From Candidatus Hadarchaeum yellowstonense (GTDB lineage: Archaea > Hadarchaeota > Hadarchaeia > Hadarchaeales > Hadarchaeaceae), in the NCBI GenBank assembly GCA_001515205.2, contig LQMQ01000039.1, forward strand, positions 1 to 51,958: a stretch of 51,958 nt of DNA, given 5' to 3'. A model generated the notes under the pieces. The model saw only the letters and a list, made by a program, of their open reading frames with translations. It did no database searches and was not told the origin of the DNA. Both the position numbers and the translations under genes were made by a program. Shown piece by piece: positions 1-9,108 of the stretch (positions within the stretch are counted from its first letter, which is position 1; every line of letters begins with the position of its first letter).

Positions 1-402
1 CCATTTTAGGTATATCCGCTCTTCGCAGCTCTCTTTGAACGGCCTTATCCAGCCATAGTTTCTTTCAAAGGCCAGTTTCGGGTTCATCTTCCTCAACACG
101 TATTTGCACACGGGTTCTGAAACTTTTCTGCAGGCTTCCTTCGTGTCGACTTTTAGGAGGACGGAGAGCCGAAGTACTGGACATGGGTTTTTGCATCGTG
201 TAATGAGTTCGTTATCAGTAAGCCGCACAACTTCAATATCCTTTCTGTTCACTCTAAGAAAGTCCAGATAAAAGAGCTTGAGCACATCCGACATCGAATT
301 TGCAATTTTAGGCTTGATCATCCATAAAAAAGCGTAAAGATAAAAGACGCTCTCTGCCATGGCTAGAACAATCTCCTTTATGAAGGCCAGGTTGCCGCGC
401 AT
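1..402 (-). CDS. Hypothetical Cys-motif protein (partial, runs off the window's left edge)
   Basis: Not in the ORF track. My translation from ATG at 402 is open to base 1: MRGNLAFIKE...ITRCKNPCPVL...DTKEACRKVSEP...LAFERNYGWIRPFKESCEERIYLKW. It has conserved-looking CxNxCP / C / RPxxxxCEE motifs. Confidence 0.65.
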   Translation of the reverse strand, partial: MRGNLAFIKEIVLAMAESVFYLYAFLWMIKPKIANSMSDVLKLFYLDFLRVNRKDIEVVRLTDNELITRCKNPCPVLRLSVLLKVDTKEACRKVSEPVCKYVLRKMNPKLAFERNYGWIRPFKESCEERIYLKW

Positions 403-686
403 TCCTCGGCCCCGACAAACTTTTGCACTATATCTTGCCTCCCGCCTTTATATGCTCTCAGGCTTATCATAGTTCTGCGGAACTAAAAAGCCGATTGAAA
501 TCAAAAACCTTGAGCCTAGCGACCACGACCTGATCAAAAAATCACGAATACGAAACGCGGCATTTATGGTTTCTGCTGCAAAGGTTGCTTTTTTGTAATA
601 TATTGTTGAATATTGGAGTATCTTGTCCTTAGGAACTCCCGCACATATGTGATCTTAGACTTTGTGGAGACCTTGTTGAGTAATTA

Positions 687-724
687 ATAACAATATTTAA
701 ATATTATTATAAACTCACGTTTAT
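687..724 (+). promoter_or_regulatory. TATA-like promoter with palindromic operator candidates upstream of arsR
   Basis: Perfect palindrome AATATTTAAATATT (692-705) and inverted repeat ATAAAC-N4-GTTTAT (709-724), immediately before ATG 726. Confidence 0.5.
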
Positions 725-725
725 C

Positions 726-1046
726 ATGCGCTCGGCAATAAAAAATTTGATGCTTAAGGCTAAAGTGTTCAAGGCCCTCTCCGACCCGGTAAGGCTTAAA
801 ATTCTAACACACCTACGCAATGGTGAAAAATGCGTCTGCGAGATCGTTCCCTATATTGGGATACCACAACCACTGGTTTCTAGACACCTGGCAATACTAA
901 AAAGATGTGGACTTGTGAAGAATAGAAAAATGGGGAATAGAAGACTCTATTTTGTAACAGATCCCGCAATATTCAAAATAATCGACGCTGTAAATGATGA
1001 TCTGTTGAGTGCGCTGTTAAAACATGCTGTTGAACAAATAGTTTAG
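726..1046 (+). CDS. ArsR/SmtB family transcriptional regulator
   Basis: FKALSDPVRLKIL, metal site GEKCVCEI, HTH segment QPLVSRHLAILKRCGLV. Confidence 0.93.
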   Translation: MRSAIKNLMLKAKVFKALSDPVRLKILTHLRNGEKCVCEIVPYIGIPQPLVSRHLAILKRCGLVKNRKMGNRRLYFVTDPAIFKIIDAVNDDLLSALLKHAVEQIV

Positions 1047-1081
1047 GAAATTTAGCATCATAACTGGAAAGGAGGGAAAAA

Positions 1082-1561
1082 ATGGATAAAATAGTAGTGG
1101 TGAACTACGACAAATGTATTGGATGCAGAACTTGTGAAACTGTTTGTTCCCTTGTTCACGAGAAGAGGATTAATCCCTCTGAATCGCGAATAAACGTGGT
1201 AAAATACGAAGAAATTGGGGCAAACATACCTGTACTTTGTCAAAAATGCGAGGATCCTGCGTGCGCTGCTGTCTGTCCTATGGACGCGATAAAAGTTGAC
1301 GAATCTCTTGGAACTTACATTGACTATACTAGATGTGTGGGTTGTAAAATGTGTATTTTGGTTTGTCCCATTGGAGGAATCGGCCTTAATCCAGCGAATA
1401 AGAAGGTTATAATTTGCGATTTGTGCAAGGGCGACCCACAATGTGTCAAGTCATGCCCTGAACAAGCGTTGGAATACGTTGACGTGAGCAAATTGTCCAT
1501 TAAAAAGAGGAGGGAAGGCTTAGAAAAACTTGCAAAGTTTTTGGAGGTGGCAAAGATATGA
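1082..1561 (+). CDS. 4Fe-4S dicluster electron-transfer subunit (DmsB/HydN-like)
   Basis: Four Cys clusters: CIGCRTCETVC, CQKCEDPACAAVCP, CVGCKMCILVCP, CDLC..PQCVKSCP. Confidence 0.93.
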   Translation: MDKIVVVNYDKCIGCRTCETVCSLVHEKRINPSESRINVVKYEEIGANIPVLCQKCEDPACAAVCPMDAIKVDESLGTYIDYTRCVGCKMCILVCPIGGIGLNPANKKVIICDLCKGDPQCVKSCPEQALEYVDVSKLSIKKRREGLEKLAKFLEVAKI

Positions 1562-3426
1562 ACGGCTACACGAATAAAATTTTATTTGTAAACCTAAGCG
1601 ATAACAGTGCTGGGATCATTCCCACCGAAAAATACATTGAACAATTTGTCGGCGGCAGAGGAATAGCGGTTAAACTTCTCTACGAGCTAACACCAAAAAA
1701 CGTTGATCCACTCGGTCCTAAAAATGCGCTCATCATTATGACTGGACCGTTGACTGGAACAATTGTGCCTTCTTCAGGCAGAGTTGACGTTATTTCAAAA
1801 TCACCACAGACAAATTTGCTTGGAGGATCGAATGCTGGCGGATTCTTTGGACCTGAACTGAAATATGCAGGATATGACGGAATCGTCATTACTGGCAGAG
1901 CTTCGTCGAAAGTTTACATTGACATATATAATGATGATGTTGAAGTTAAAAGCGCTGAAAATTTGTCTGGAAAAGGGGTTTTCGACACAGTTAAAGCATT
2001 AAGAAAAAACGACGAAGATACACAGGTCGCTTGTATTGGGCCGGCTGGCGAGAAACTTGTTAACCTTTCAGGCATAGCCTTCAGCATGCGTAACTACGCT
2101 GCTCGCTGTGGACTTGGCGCGGTCATGGGCTCGAAAAACTTGAAAGCGATTGCTGTCAGAGGTACTAAAGGATTAGACGTAGCCGTGCCGGATCAGCTCA
2201 AGCAGATAGCGGATGAAATGAGAGAGCGCATAAAGGATACGCCTAGTTATAAGGAGTTCCCCGAATGGCATCACAAACTCTTTAGAGTTCTCGAAGCAGA
2301 CGCTAAAACATTCTTCGGCAATTATGATAATGTCTTATGGGATGGTCGGTTTGAAGCCTATGAAAATGCTGAAAAATTTGTGAAAGGCGCCGAGTTAAAA
2401 CTTCAATCATGTTTCGGCTGCCCATTACGGTGCTGGGCTTACATTAACATGAAAAATGTTGGAAAAGCAAGCGCTGTAGCATGCCAAGGAACCCTAACAT
2501 CCATAGTCAACTTCGCCAAAATTAAAGATTTCAACAAAGTGTGGGAAGCCTACCTATTGTGTCAAGACATGGGGTTAGACACAGGCGGAACAAGCGCCAC
2601 CATCGCCTATGCTATGGACTTGTATTCAAAGGGAATACTAAGCAAAACTCAAGTAAATGCCATAAACTTAACTTTCGGCGATGGAAACGCCTTTGTCAGT
2701 CTCGTCAAAAAGATTGCTGGGAAAGAAGGCATTGGAGAACTTTTAGCGGATGGTGTTAAAAAGGCGTCAGAGAAGCTAGGCGAAGCCGCCAAAAAACTTG
2801 CCGTGTACGCCAAGGGAGGCCAGGAGCTTTGGCTCATGGAGATAAGGCCGTTTAAGGGTGTCGCTCTCTCATGCGCCGTGACGGATTCAGGAAGCCACAA
2901 CAGAGCAGCATATGGTCTATGCGAGTTTTACTACAGATCAATGAAGACGCAAGCAGAAACTGTAGCAAAAAACATTGTAGGAACTGAGGAAGCGGCACAA
3001 CCCACAAGGTACGAGTATAAGCCAAAGCTGGTCGCAATATACGAGGACATGCACACTCTTGCCGACTCTTTAGGTGTGTGTTCCATACCCTTTATGCCAG
3101 TTGGGCTTGACTTGTGGACAAAAGCTTATACCGCGTCTACTGGGCGCGAAACTTCGCCTAAAGACCTTATGTACGTGGCTGAACGCATAAGAACTCTTGA
3201 GAGGCTCTTCAACATAAGAGAGGGACTCACCAGACAAGACGACACTATAGCTGAAAGAATGTTTAGCGAGCCATTGAAAGAAGGCCCATGGAAGGGCGAA
3301 GCACTTGATAAAGTTATGTTTGAGAAAATGATCGACGAATACTACGCTCTTAGAGGATGGGACCTCACTGGAAAACCAAAGCCTGAAACTTTGAAACGTT
3401 TAGGATTGGAAGATACATGCGCATAG
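1558..3426 (+). CDS. Aldehyde:ferredoxin oxidoreductase family (tungsten/molybdopterin WOR) catalytic subunit, divergent
   Basis: GGRG N-terminus, GPLTG, ELKYAGYDG, CIGPAGE, GLGAVMGSKNLKAI, CFGCPLRC, GLDT, C-terminal YYALRGWD..GKP. ATGA overlap with the FeS gene. Confidence 0.93.
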   Translation: MNGYTNKILFVNLSDNSAGIIPTEKYIEQFVGGRGIAVKLLYELTPKNVDPLGPKNALIIMTGPLTGTIVPSSGRVDVISKSPQTNLLGGSNAGGFFGPELKYAGYDGIVITGRASSKVYIDIYNDDVEVKSAENLSGKGVFDTVKALRKNDEDTQVACIGPAGEKLVNLSGIAFSMRNYAARCGLGAVMGSKNLKAIAVRGTKGLDVAVPDQLKQIADEMRERIKDTPSYKEFPEWHHKLFRVLEADAKTFFGNYDNVLWDGRFEAYENAEKFVKGAELKLQSCFGCPLRCWAYINMKNVGKASAVACQGTLTSIVNFAKIKDFNKVWEAYLLCQDMGLDTGGTSATIAYAMDLYSKGILSKTQVNAINLTFGDGNAFVSLVKKIAGKEGIGELLADGVKKASEKLGEAAKKLAVYAKGGQELWLMEIRPFKGVALSCAVTDSGSHNRAAYGLCEFYYRSMKTQAETVAKNIVGTEEAAQPTRYEYKPKLVAIYEDMHTLADSLGVCSIPFMPVGLDLWTKAYTASTGRETSPKDLMYVAERIRTLERLFNIREGLTRQDDTIAERMFSEPLKEGPWKGEALDKVMFEKMIDEYYALRGWDLTGKPKPETLKRLGLEDTCA

Positions 3427-4622
3427 TTATAATTGGTGCTGGTGCTGCAGGAGTAAGCGCTGCTGAAACAATTCGAAAGCTAAACGCAGATGTAGAAATA
3501 ACTATCATAAATGAAGAAGATAGTTTGCCCTACTCACCTGTCGCTCTTCCTGAATATATCGAGGGAAGAATATCAAGGGAGCAGCTCTACTTATGGAACG
3601 ATGACCGCATAAGAAAAATGAAAGTTTTTTACGTTCGTGGAAAAACTGCTGTAAACGTTGATGTAAACGCCAAAAAAGTGATAACTGAAGATGGATCCAT
3701 TTTTTCTTACGACAAGCTGCTAATAGCGACGGGGGGCAGACCAGTAATTCCCGATGAATTAAAAAATAAAAGGGGGATTCTTACGCTTAGAACTTACTCA
3801 GACGCAGAGGCAATTCGCAATAAAATTAAAGAAAGAGTGGTCATTTATGGTGCAGGAGCAGTTGCCGTAAAAACAGCTGTTGCACTACGCAGAAAGGGCA
3901 TTGACGTTATAATTCTCTGCAGATCAAGGGTTTTGAGAAGACTTTTTGACGAAGACATATGCCGGTTAATACACGATCTTTTAATCACAAACGGAGTGAA
4001 AATAGTCGGGATTCATGAACAAATGCGCCTATTAGGAGACCCCGTAGAAAAACTGAGAGTGGGAACACAGGAATTGAAATGTGACGGAGTCATCGCCGCG
4101 TTGGGGGTAACTCCAAACTTACCCTTTTTAGATCCGCGTCAAATCAAATTGGGCAGATCGGGGGGAGTAATCGTAAATGAAAAAATGCAAACCACGGCAC
4201 CAGGTGTTTACGCAGCTGGCGACTGCTGCGAAACTATAGAGATAACATCTGGAATCCAGAACGTAATCGCGCTATGGCCTCCAGCTGTAGATCAGGGAAA
4301 AATCGCAGCCTTAAACATGCTTGGCATAAACGCAATTTATGACGGAACACTCCCACAGAATATAGTCGACGTGTTTGACACAACATTCGCATCAATCGGG
4401 TCGCTGGATGGAGAAAAAATAACCGTCAGAAACCATACCACGATCAAACGCTTCACCATAAAAAATGGAGAAATCGTGGGGGCTCAACTTGTCGGCGACG
4501 TAAATGACGCCGGTATTATATCAAACGTATTGAAAAGAAAACTTCAGAAAACAACGTTAAAAGAAGTGCTTGCAAGAAAAAGCGTACTTGCAATGTACGC
4601 AAGCTCTAACAGCATCATATGA
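3417..4622 (+). CDS. FAD-dependent pyridine nucleotide-disulfide oxidoreductase (NADH oxidase/NirB-like), probable third AOR subunit
   Basis: GAGAAG Rossmann fold, YDKLLIATGG, VYAAGDC. Overlaps the AOR stop codon. Confidence 0.88.
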   Translation: MRIVIIGAGAAGVSAAETIRKLNADVEITIINEEDSLPYSPVALPEYIEGRISREQLYLWNDDRIRKMKVFYVRGKTAVNVDVNAKKVITEDGSIFSYDKLLIATGGRPVIPDELKNKRGILTLRTYSDAEAIRNKIKERVVIYGAGAVAVKTAVALRRKGIDVIILCRSRVLRRLFDEDICRLIHDLLITNGVKIVGIHEQMRLLGDPVEKLRVGTQELKCDGVIAALGVTPNLPFLDPRQIKLGRSGGVIVNEKMQTTAPGVYAAGDCCETIEITSGIQNVIALWPPAVDQGKIAALNMLGINAIYDGTLPQNIVDVFDTTFASIGSLDGEKITVRNHTTIKRFTIKNGEIVGAQLVGDVNDAGIISNVLKRKLQKTTLKEVLARKSVLAMYASSNSII

Positions 4623-4879
4623 AATTTTGAATTTAAAAATTCCGACAAGAGTTTTAGGCTTCCATTTTTCTCCTGAGCCGCTTCATCGTCGAGAAAAGCG
4701 CCTCAGGATTTTGCCCGGGACTTGCCTCTGATTTCCAACGCAACTTTAACGAAAGAACGGAGGATCTCTGCGAAAACGCGCTTGCACAGCACGTCTAGCG
4801 GCTCCAGACGGATCGTGGATTTTCCAGTGGGACGGTCCACGGGATCAAATGATGGGAAAACACGCGCAATCAGAATCGC

Positions 4880-5238
4880 CTGAACGTGTGTTTTATGCTA
4901 ACTATCTTCCGAAGCACGCGCTCCTCCATCCCTAGGTTCTGTTCTGCATCCTTGCAAAAACATCCAACTCGTGCACATGTCGTGGCTTTGGCCTTTTATC
5001 TCCACTATCTGCTGCTTTGGCACACTATCAGCCATGCTGTGTAATCATCGGGTCGCCTTAGCTGAGGTCTCAAAAACACAGCTTCAAAAATCGACATGCC
5101 CAAAACTTACCATGCGTATGTGGCCGACTGCGGCAACACTCCACGTCTCATTTTGTGATTGCCCAACTCGCCATCTCGGCCAAAAACAACACCGATATTT
5201 TTCAATTTGGCGCTAAACTTAATTTGGTAAACGTTCAT
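4880..5238 (-). pseudogene. Possible degenerate transposase remnant (IS701/IS4-like C-terminal motif)
   Basis: A minus-strand fragment near 4890-4970 reads VGCFCKDAEQNLGMEERVLRKIVSIKH, resembling the IExxFxDxKQxLG..R...I.H signature of DDE transposases. The surrounding frames are broken by stops and shifts. Confidence 0.3.
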
Positions 5239-5441
5239 CAACTAACTCGCTCCTTTGTGATTTAAGAAGCTATCGTTAACAAAAACGAGCAATGTTGGTC
5301 TACGTTGAAAGCTAAGCAATTTAGCATCAAATCAAGGCTTTTTCAAGGTCGACGAAACTTATGCGGATAGAGTTAAAACTGGAGGAACAAGAACTAAAAG
5401 ATCATAAAATATCGCGAATATCAAAAAAGTACTAACTATTT

Positions 5442-5461
5442 TTACATCCAAGTAAATGTAA
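5442..5461 (+). promoter_or_regulatory. Inverted repeat, candidate ArsR autoregulatory operator
   Basis: TTACAT-N8-ATGTAA ends 13 nt before ATG 5475 and overlaps a T-rich TATA-like element. Confidence 0.4.
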
Positions 5462-5474
5462 CTCCGCTGGAACC

Positions 5475-5852
5475 ATGGTGAAAAAATTCCAACGGTTAGA
5501 TCTCAGAATACCTCCAGATTACAGCCTCTCCGTTGAAGTTTTAAAAAAAATGGAAAAGGAGATACAATGCGACACCAAAGAGACGATCAAATTTTTACAG
5601 GCAATTTCCCATCCAACCAGGTTGCGCGTGCTCAGAGCACTGCGGATTAAGGAATTATGCGTGTGCGTGTTGGTCGCCCTGATGAAAATCAAATATTCCA
5701 AACTGTCCTACCACCTAAAGATCCTGAAAAAAGCCGGCCTTGTCGAATCGGAAAAACGTAAAAATTTCCTGATCTACCGGCTTACCGGCCTCGGCAGAAA
5801 AGTCTTAGCTGATCTGGAGAGACCATCGGAGGATCAGGGGCGACAACTTTAA
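5475..5852 (+). CDS. arsR: ArsR family regulator (arsenite-type ELCVC motif)
   Basis: AISHPTRLRVL, ELCVCVL, SKLSYHLKILKKAGLV. Directly upstream of acr3. Confidence 0.9.
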   Translation: MVKKFQRLDLRIPPDYSLSVEVLKKMEKEIQCDTKETIKFLQAISHPTRLRVLRALRIKELCVCVLVALMKIKYSKLSYHLKILKKAGLVESEKRKNFLIYRLTGLGRKVLADLERPSEDQGRQL

Positions 5853-5894
5853 TGAAAAATAGCCAGCCATCACCTTTTTATAGGGTTTGAGATA

Positions 5895-5914
5895 ATATGA
5901 ATAGAAATTCATAT
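5895..5914 (+). promoter_or_regulatory. ArsR/SmtB-type operator upstream of acr3
   Basis: Perfect inverted repeat ATATGAAT-AGAA-ATTCATAT between a TTTTTATA box (~5875-5882) and the GAGGT SD. It resembles ATATGA..TCATAT SmtB/ArsR operators. Confidence 0.65.
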
Positions 5915-5926
5915 GAGGTAAGGACC

Positions 5927-6970
5927 ATGACCGAGGAGAGAAAGCTTGGCCTGTGGGAGAAATACCTCACCCTCTGGGTGGCGCTGTGCATCATCTGCGG
6001 CATCTTGCTGGGAAGAGTTTTTCCCCAGATCTCGCAAATCCTCGCCGAATTTGAGATCGCCCAGGTTTCCCTACCGATAGCGATCTGTTTGTTCTTCATG
6101 ATTTACCCCATCATGGTTCAGATCGACTTCCAAGAGGTCAAGAAGGCCGCCCGATCCCCCAAGCCCGTAGCCCTCACGCTCTTCATGAACTGGGCGGTGA
6201 AACCCTTCACAATGGCCTTCTTCGCCTGGTTCTTCCTCAGCGTTGTCTTCGGCCAGTTCTTAACCCCAGACCAGATCCAGCAGTACCGGGCCGGGATGAT
6301 CCTGCTGGGGGTGGCCCCCTGCACGGCGATGGTGCTGATGTGGAGCTATCTGGCTCGGGGAAACGTCGCCCACACTTTGGTGATGACGGCGATCAACTCC
6401 CTGTCCATGGTCGTCCTTTACGCACCGCTGGCGACTTTCCTGCTCGGGATCTCCGGGATAGTGGTTCCCTGGGCCACCATCGCCCTGACGGTCACCATCT
6501 ACATCGTCACCCCCCTGATAGCCGGCTATTACACCAGAAAACTGGCCATTGAAAGAAAGGGACTGGAGTGGTTCCAGAGAAGGCTCGTCCCGCCGCTGGG
6601 TAAAGTTGCCATAGCGGCCCTCTTGATAACGCTCGTCGTGCTTTTCTCCTACCAAGGCCATCTCCTCCTAGCGATTCCGGCAATCATCGGCATGATCACC
6701 CTCGGCATCTTCACCAACATCCTCATCATCTTTGCCATTCCCTACGTCATCGCCAAAAAGATTCATCTGGGCTATGAAGACGCTGCGCCTGTGGCCATCA
6801 TCGCGGGGAGCAACCATTTTGAGGTCGCGGTTGCCGTTGCCATCACCCTGTTTGGAGTGAAGTCGGGAGCCGCGCTGGCCACCGTGGTCGGGGTTCTAAC
6901 CGAAGTGCCGCTGATGCTCTTTCTGGTTTGGCTCTGCAAAAGAACCAAGGGATATTTTGATCAACCTTAG
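5927..6970 (+). CDS. acr3: ACR3 family arsenite efflux transporter
   Basis: EKYLTLWV, MIYPIM, NWAVKPF, GVAPCTAMVLMWS, SNHFEVAVAVA, GVLTEVP. ATG 5927 follows an SD. Confidence 0.95.
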   Translation: MTEERKLGLWEKYLTLWVALCIICGILLGRVFPQISQILAEFEIAQVSLPIAICLFFMIYPIMVQIDFQEVKKAARSPKPVALTLFMNWAVKPFTMAFFAWFFLSVVFGQFLTPDQIQQYRAGMILLGVAPCTAMVLMWSYLARGNVAHTLVMTAINSLSMVVLYAPLATFLLGISGIVVPWATIALTVTIYIVTPLIAGYYTRKLAIERKGLEWFQRRLVPPLGKVAIAALLITLVVLFSYQGHLLLAIPAIIGMITLGIFTNILIIFAIPYVIAKKIHLGYEDAAPVAIIAGSNHFEVAVAVAITLFGVKSGAALATVVGVLTEVPLMLFLVWLCKRTKGYFDQP

Positions 6971-7006
6971 CCCTATTTTTAAAGCGGAAAGAGTTAATGC
7001 TAAAAG

Positions 7007-7297
7007 GTGCTCGGGATGGGGGCAGAGGATCAGCTCAGGGTGCTGAAATGCGTGAGCGATAAAACGCGTCTTGAAATCCTGCAGCTGCTGAGGGAAGGGG
7101 AAAAATGCGTGCGTGACATGCTGGAGAGAATCAACCAAGAACAATCACTGGTCTCGCACCATCTGCAGGAAATGAGAAAGTGCGGGCTGGTGAAGACGCG
7201 GCGCGAGGGAAAAAAGGTGATCTATAGCCTCGCCGATGACTCCATCGTCAAGCTTCTGGATGACGTGGAACTGATTTCCAAGAAGTTCTGTAAATAA
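7007..7297 (+). CDS. ArsR family regulator
   Basis: SDKTRLEILQLL, GEKCVRDM, QSLVSHHL..GLV. The true start may be ATG 7016. Confidence 0.9.
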   Translation: MLGMGAEDQLRVLKCVSDKTRLEILQLLREGEKCVRDMLERINQEQSLVSHHLQEMRKCGLVKTRREGKKVIYSLADDSIVKLLDDVELISKKFCK

Positions 7298-7321
7298 TTC
7301 TGAATGATCTCCGGCTCCCAA

Positions 7322-8311
7322 TTAACCGCTTAGATCAGGGGCCCTCTTCGCCACCAGCTTCAGCGATTGCAGCGGCTCCGGCCCGATGGGGGAGCCGATC
7401 ACAACGGTGGTTACCCCGATCTTCTTCAATTCCTCCACCCGGTTGACCAAGATATCGACGCCACCGCAGACCGAAAACTCTTCCAGCATCTCATCGGTGA
7501 CTGCCTCCCTCGCCTTGGCCAGATCCCCCCGGCGCAGATATCTCCTCACCACCTCCACATCCTCAGCCGAAATTGACCGATGGGCCAAAGACTCCTCCGG
7601 AGCCGACGACGCAACGAAGGCGACTACCCCCCGCGCGGCATCCCGGGCCTTTTTTTCATCGCTGTCTATGGAAACGGCCAGATAGGCCACATAGTCAAAA
7701 TCCGTTTGGGTGCGTCCGCCTCGCCTCAGGCCCTCCTTGATGCTCTTGACCGCATCCTCAATGTCCACTGGATGGGAGGCGTTGATGAGGGCGCCGTCGG
7801 CCACCTCGCCCGCCAGCCTGAGCATCCTCTCCCTCCGGCCCCCGACGTAGATCGGGATGTGGTTTCCCGGCCTGAACCTGAGCCGGGCCCCCCGACAGGT
7901 GAAACACTCCCCCTCGAACTCCACTTTTTCCCCGGCGAGCAGCCCCCTGATGATGTGGATGGCCTCCCGAACGCTGGTGACCGGCTTGGTCTGTTTCACC
8001 CCCACCGTCTCCAAAAAAAAGGGATCACCGGACGACATCCCGAGCAGCGCCCGCCCGTGGGAAAGTTCATTCAAGGTGGCCACCGCGGCCGCCGTCACCG
8101 CTGGATGGGTGAGGTAGGGATTGGTCACCCCGGGCCCCAGCTGCACCCGGCGAGTATTCAGGGCAAGCTGGGCCAGCACCGAATGAACGTAACGGTTGTG
8201 ATAGTGATCGCAGACCCAGATCTGCTGAAACCCCAGCTGCTCAACCTCCTTCGCCAGAGCAACCATTGTGTCCAGCCGCAGGTAGGGGACAAATTCCACG
8301 CCAAACTTCAA
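7322..8311 (-). CDS. mer: F420-dependent methylene-H4MPT reductase (Mer; luciferase-like family)
   Basis: MKFGVEFVP, WVCDHYHNR, GPGVTNPY, ADGALINASHP, IGSPIGP. Adjacent to cof genes. Confidence 0.88.
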   Translation of the reverse strand: MKFGVEFVPYLRLDTMVALAKEVEQLGFQQIWVCDHYHNRYVHSVLAQLALNTRRVQLGPGVTNPYLTHPAVTAAAVATLNELSHGRALLGMSSGDPFFLETVGVKQTKPVTSVREAIHIIRGLLAGEKVEFEGECFTCRGARLRFRPGNHIPIYVGGRRERMLRLAGEVADGALINASHPVDIEDAVKSIKEGLRRGGRTQTDFDYVAYLAVSIDSDEKKARDAARGVVAFVASSAPEESLAHRSISAEDVEVVRRYLRRGDLAKAREAVTDEMLEEFSVCGGVDILVNRVEELKKIGVTTVVIGSPIGPEPLQSLKLVAKRAPDLSG

Positions 8312-8357
8312 GGGACCACCATCTGATTTAAGCCGTCTGGACTAATAATCCCCTTCG

Positions 8358-9104
8358 GTGCTTATGCAGCTCATCCCGATAAAGGGCATCCCGATGGTCA
8401 GACGCGGCGACGACGTTGGTGAACTAATCCTAGAAGCAGCAGAGAAACAACACCTGAAGATAGAAGACGGCGACGTCCTGGCGGTGGCCCAGACGGTGAT
8501 CTCCAAAGCGGAGGGGGAAGTTGTCGACCTCCGCACCATCAGGCCCAGCCAGCGCGCCATCGAGATCGGTAGAAGGATCGACAAGGACCCCCGCGTGGTT
8601 GAGGTTATCCTTCAGCAATCTGCCGAGATTGTCAGACTGGCCCACGTGATCATCTCAAGGACCAGACATGGCTTCGTCTGCGCCAACGCCGGCGTGGACC
8701 GCTCCAACGTTGACGAAGAGCACGTGACGCTCCTTCCCCGCGACCCCGACGCAAGCGCCGCCAGGATTCGGGAGAGGATCAGGAAAAAACTGGGGGTGGA
8801 CATCGCGGTGATCGTGACCGACACGCAGGGTCGGCCCTTCCGCTGCGGTTGCACCGGGCTGGCCATCGGTGTCTCGGGGATGAAACCACTGCTGGACATG
8901 AGGGGGAGGCGGGACCTCTACGGGAAGGAGCTGAAGGTGACCGTGACCTGCCCCGCCGACTCACTGGCCGCCGCAGCGGTGATGCTAATGGGTGAGTCGA
9001 ACGAAGGCATCCCGGCCGTGTTGATCAAAGGAGCCGGTTACGAGCGGGGAAATGGCTCAATCCGGGAACTCATCAGGGCTCCGGAGCTGGACCTCTTCAG
9101 GTGA
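8358..9104 (+). CDS. cofE: Coenzyme F420-0:gamma-L-glutamate ligase
   Basis: ISKAEG, GFVCANAGVDRSN, DTQGRPFR, ADSLAAAA..MGE. Confidence 0.95.
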   Translation: MLMQLIPIKGIPMVRRGDDVGELILEAAEKQHLKIEDGDVLAVAQTVISKAEGEVVDLRTIRPSQRAIEIGRRIDKDPRVVEVILQQSAEIVRLAHVIISRTRHGFVCANAGVDRSNVDEEHVTLLPRDPDASAARIRERIRKKLGVDIAVIVTDTQGRPFRCGCTGLAIGVSGMKPLLDMRGRRDLYGKELKVTVTCPADSLAAAAVMLMGESNEGIPAVLIKGAGYERGNGSIRELIRAPELDLFR

Positions 9105-9108
9105 TGGC

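Noticed and set aside
4971-5216. 81-aa plus-strand ORF
   Set aside because: No SD or motif, atypical composition, and it lies within the decayed region.
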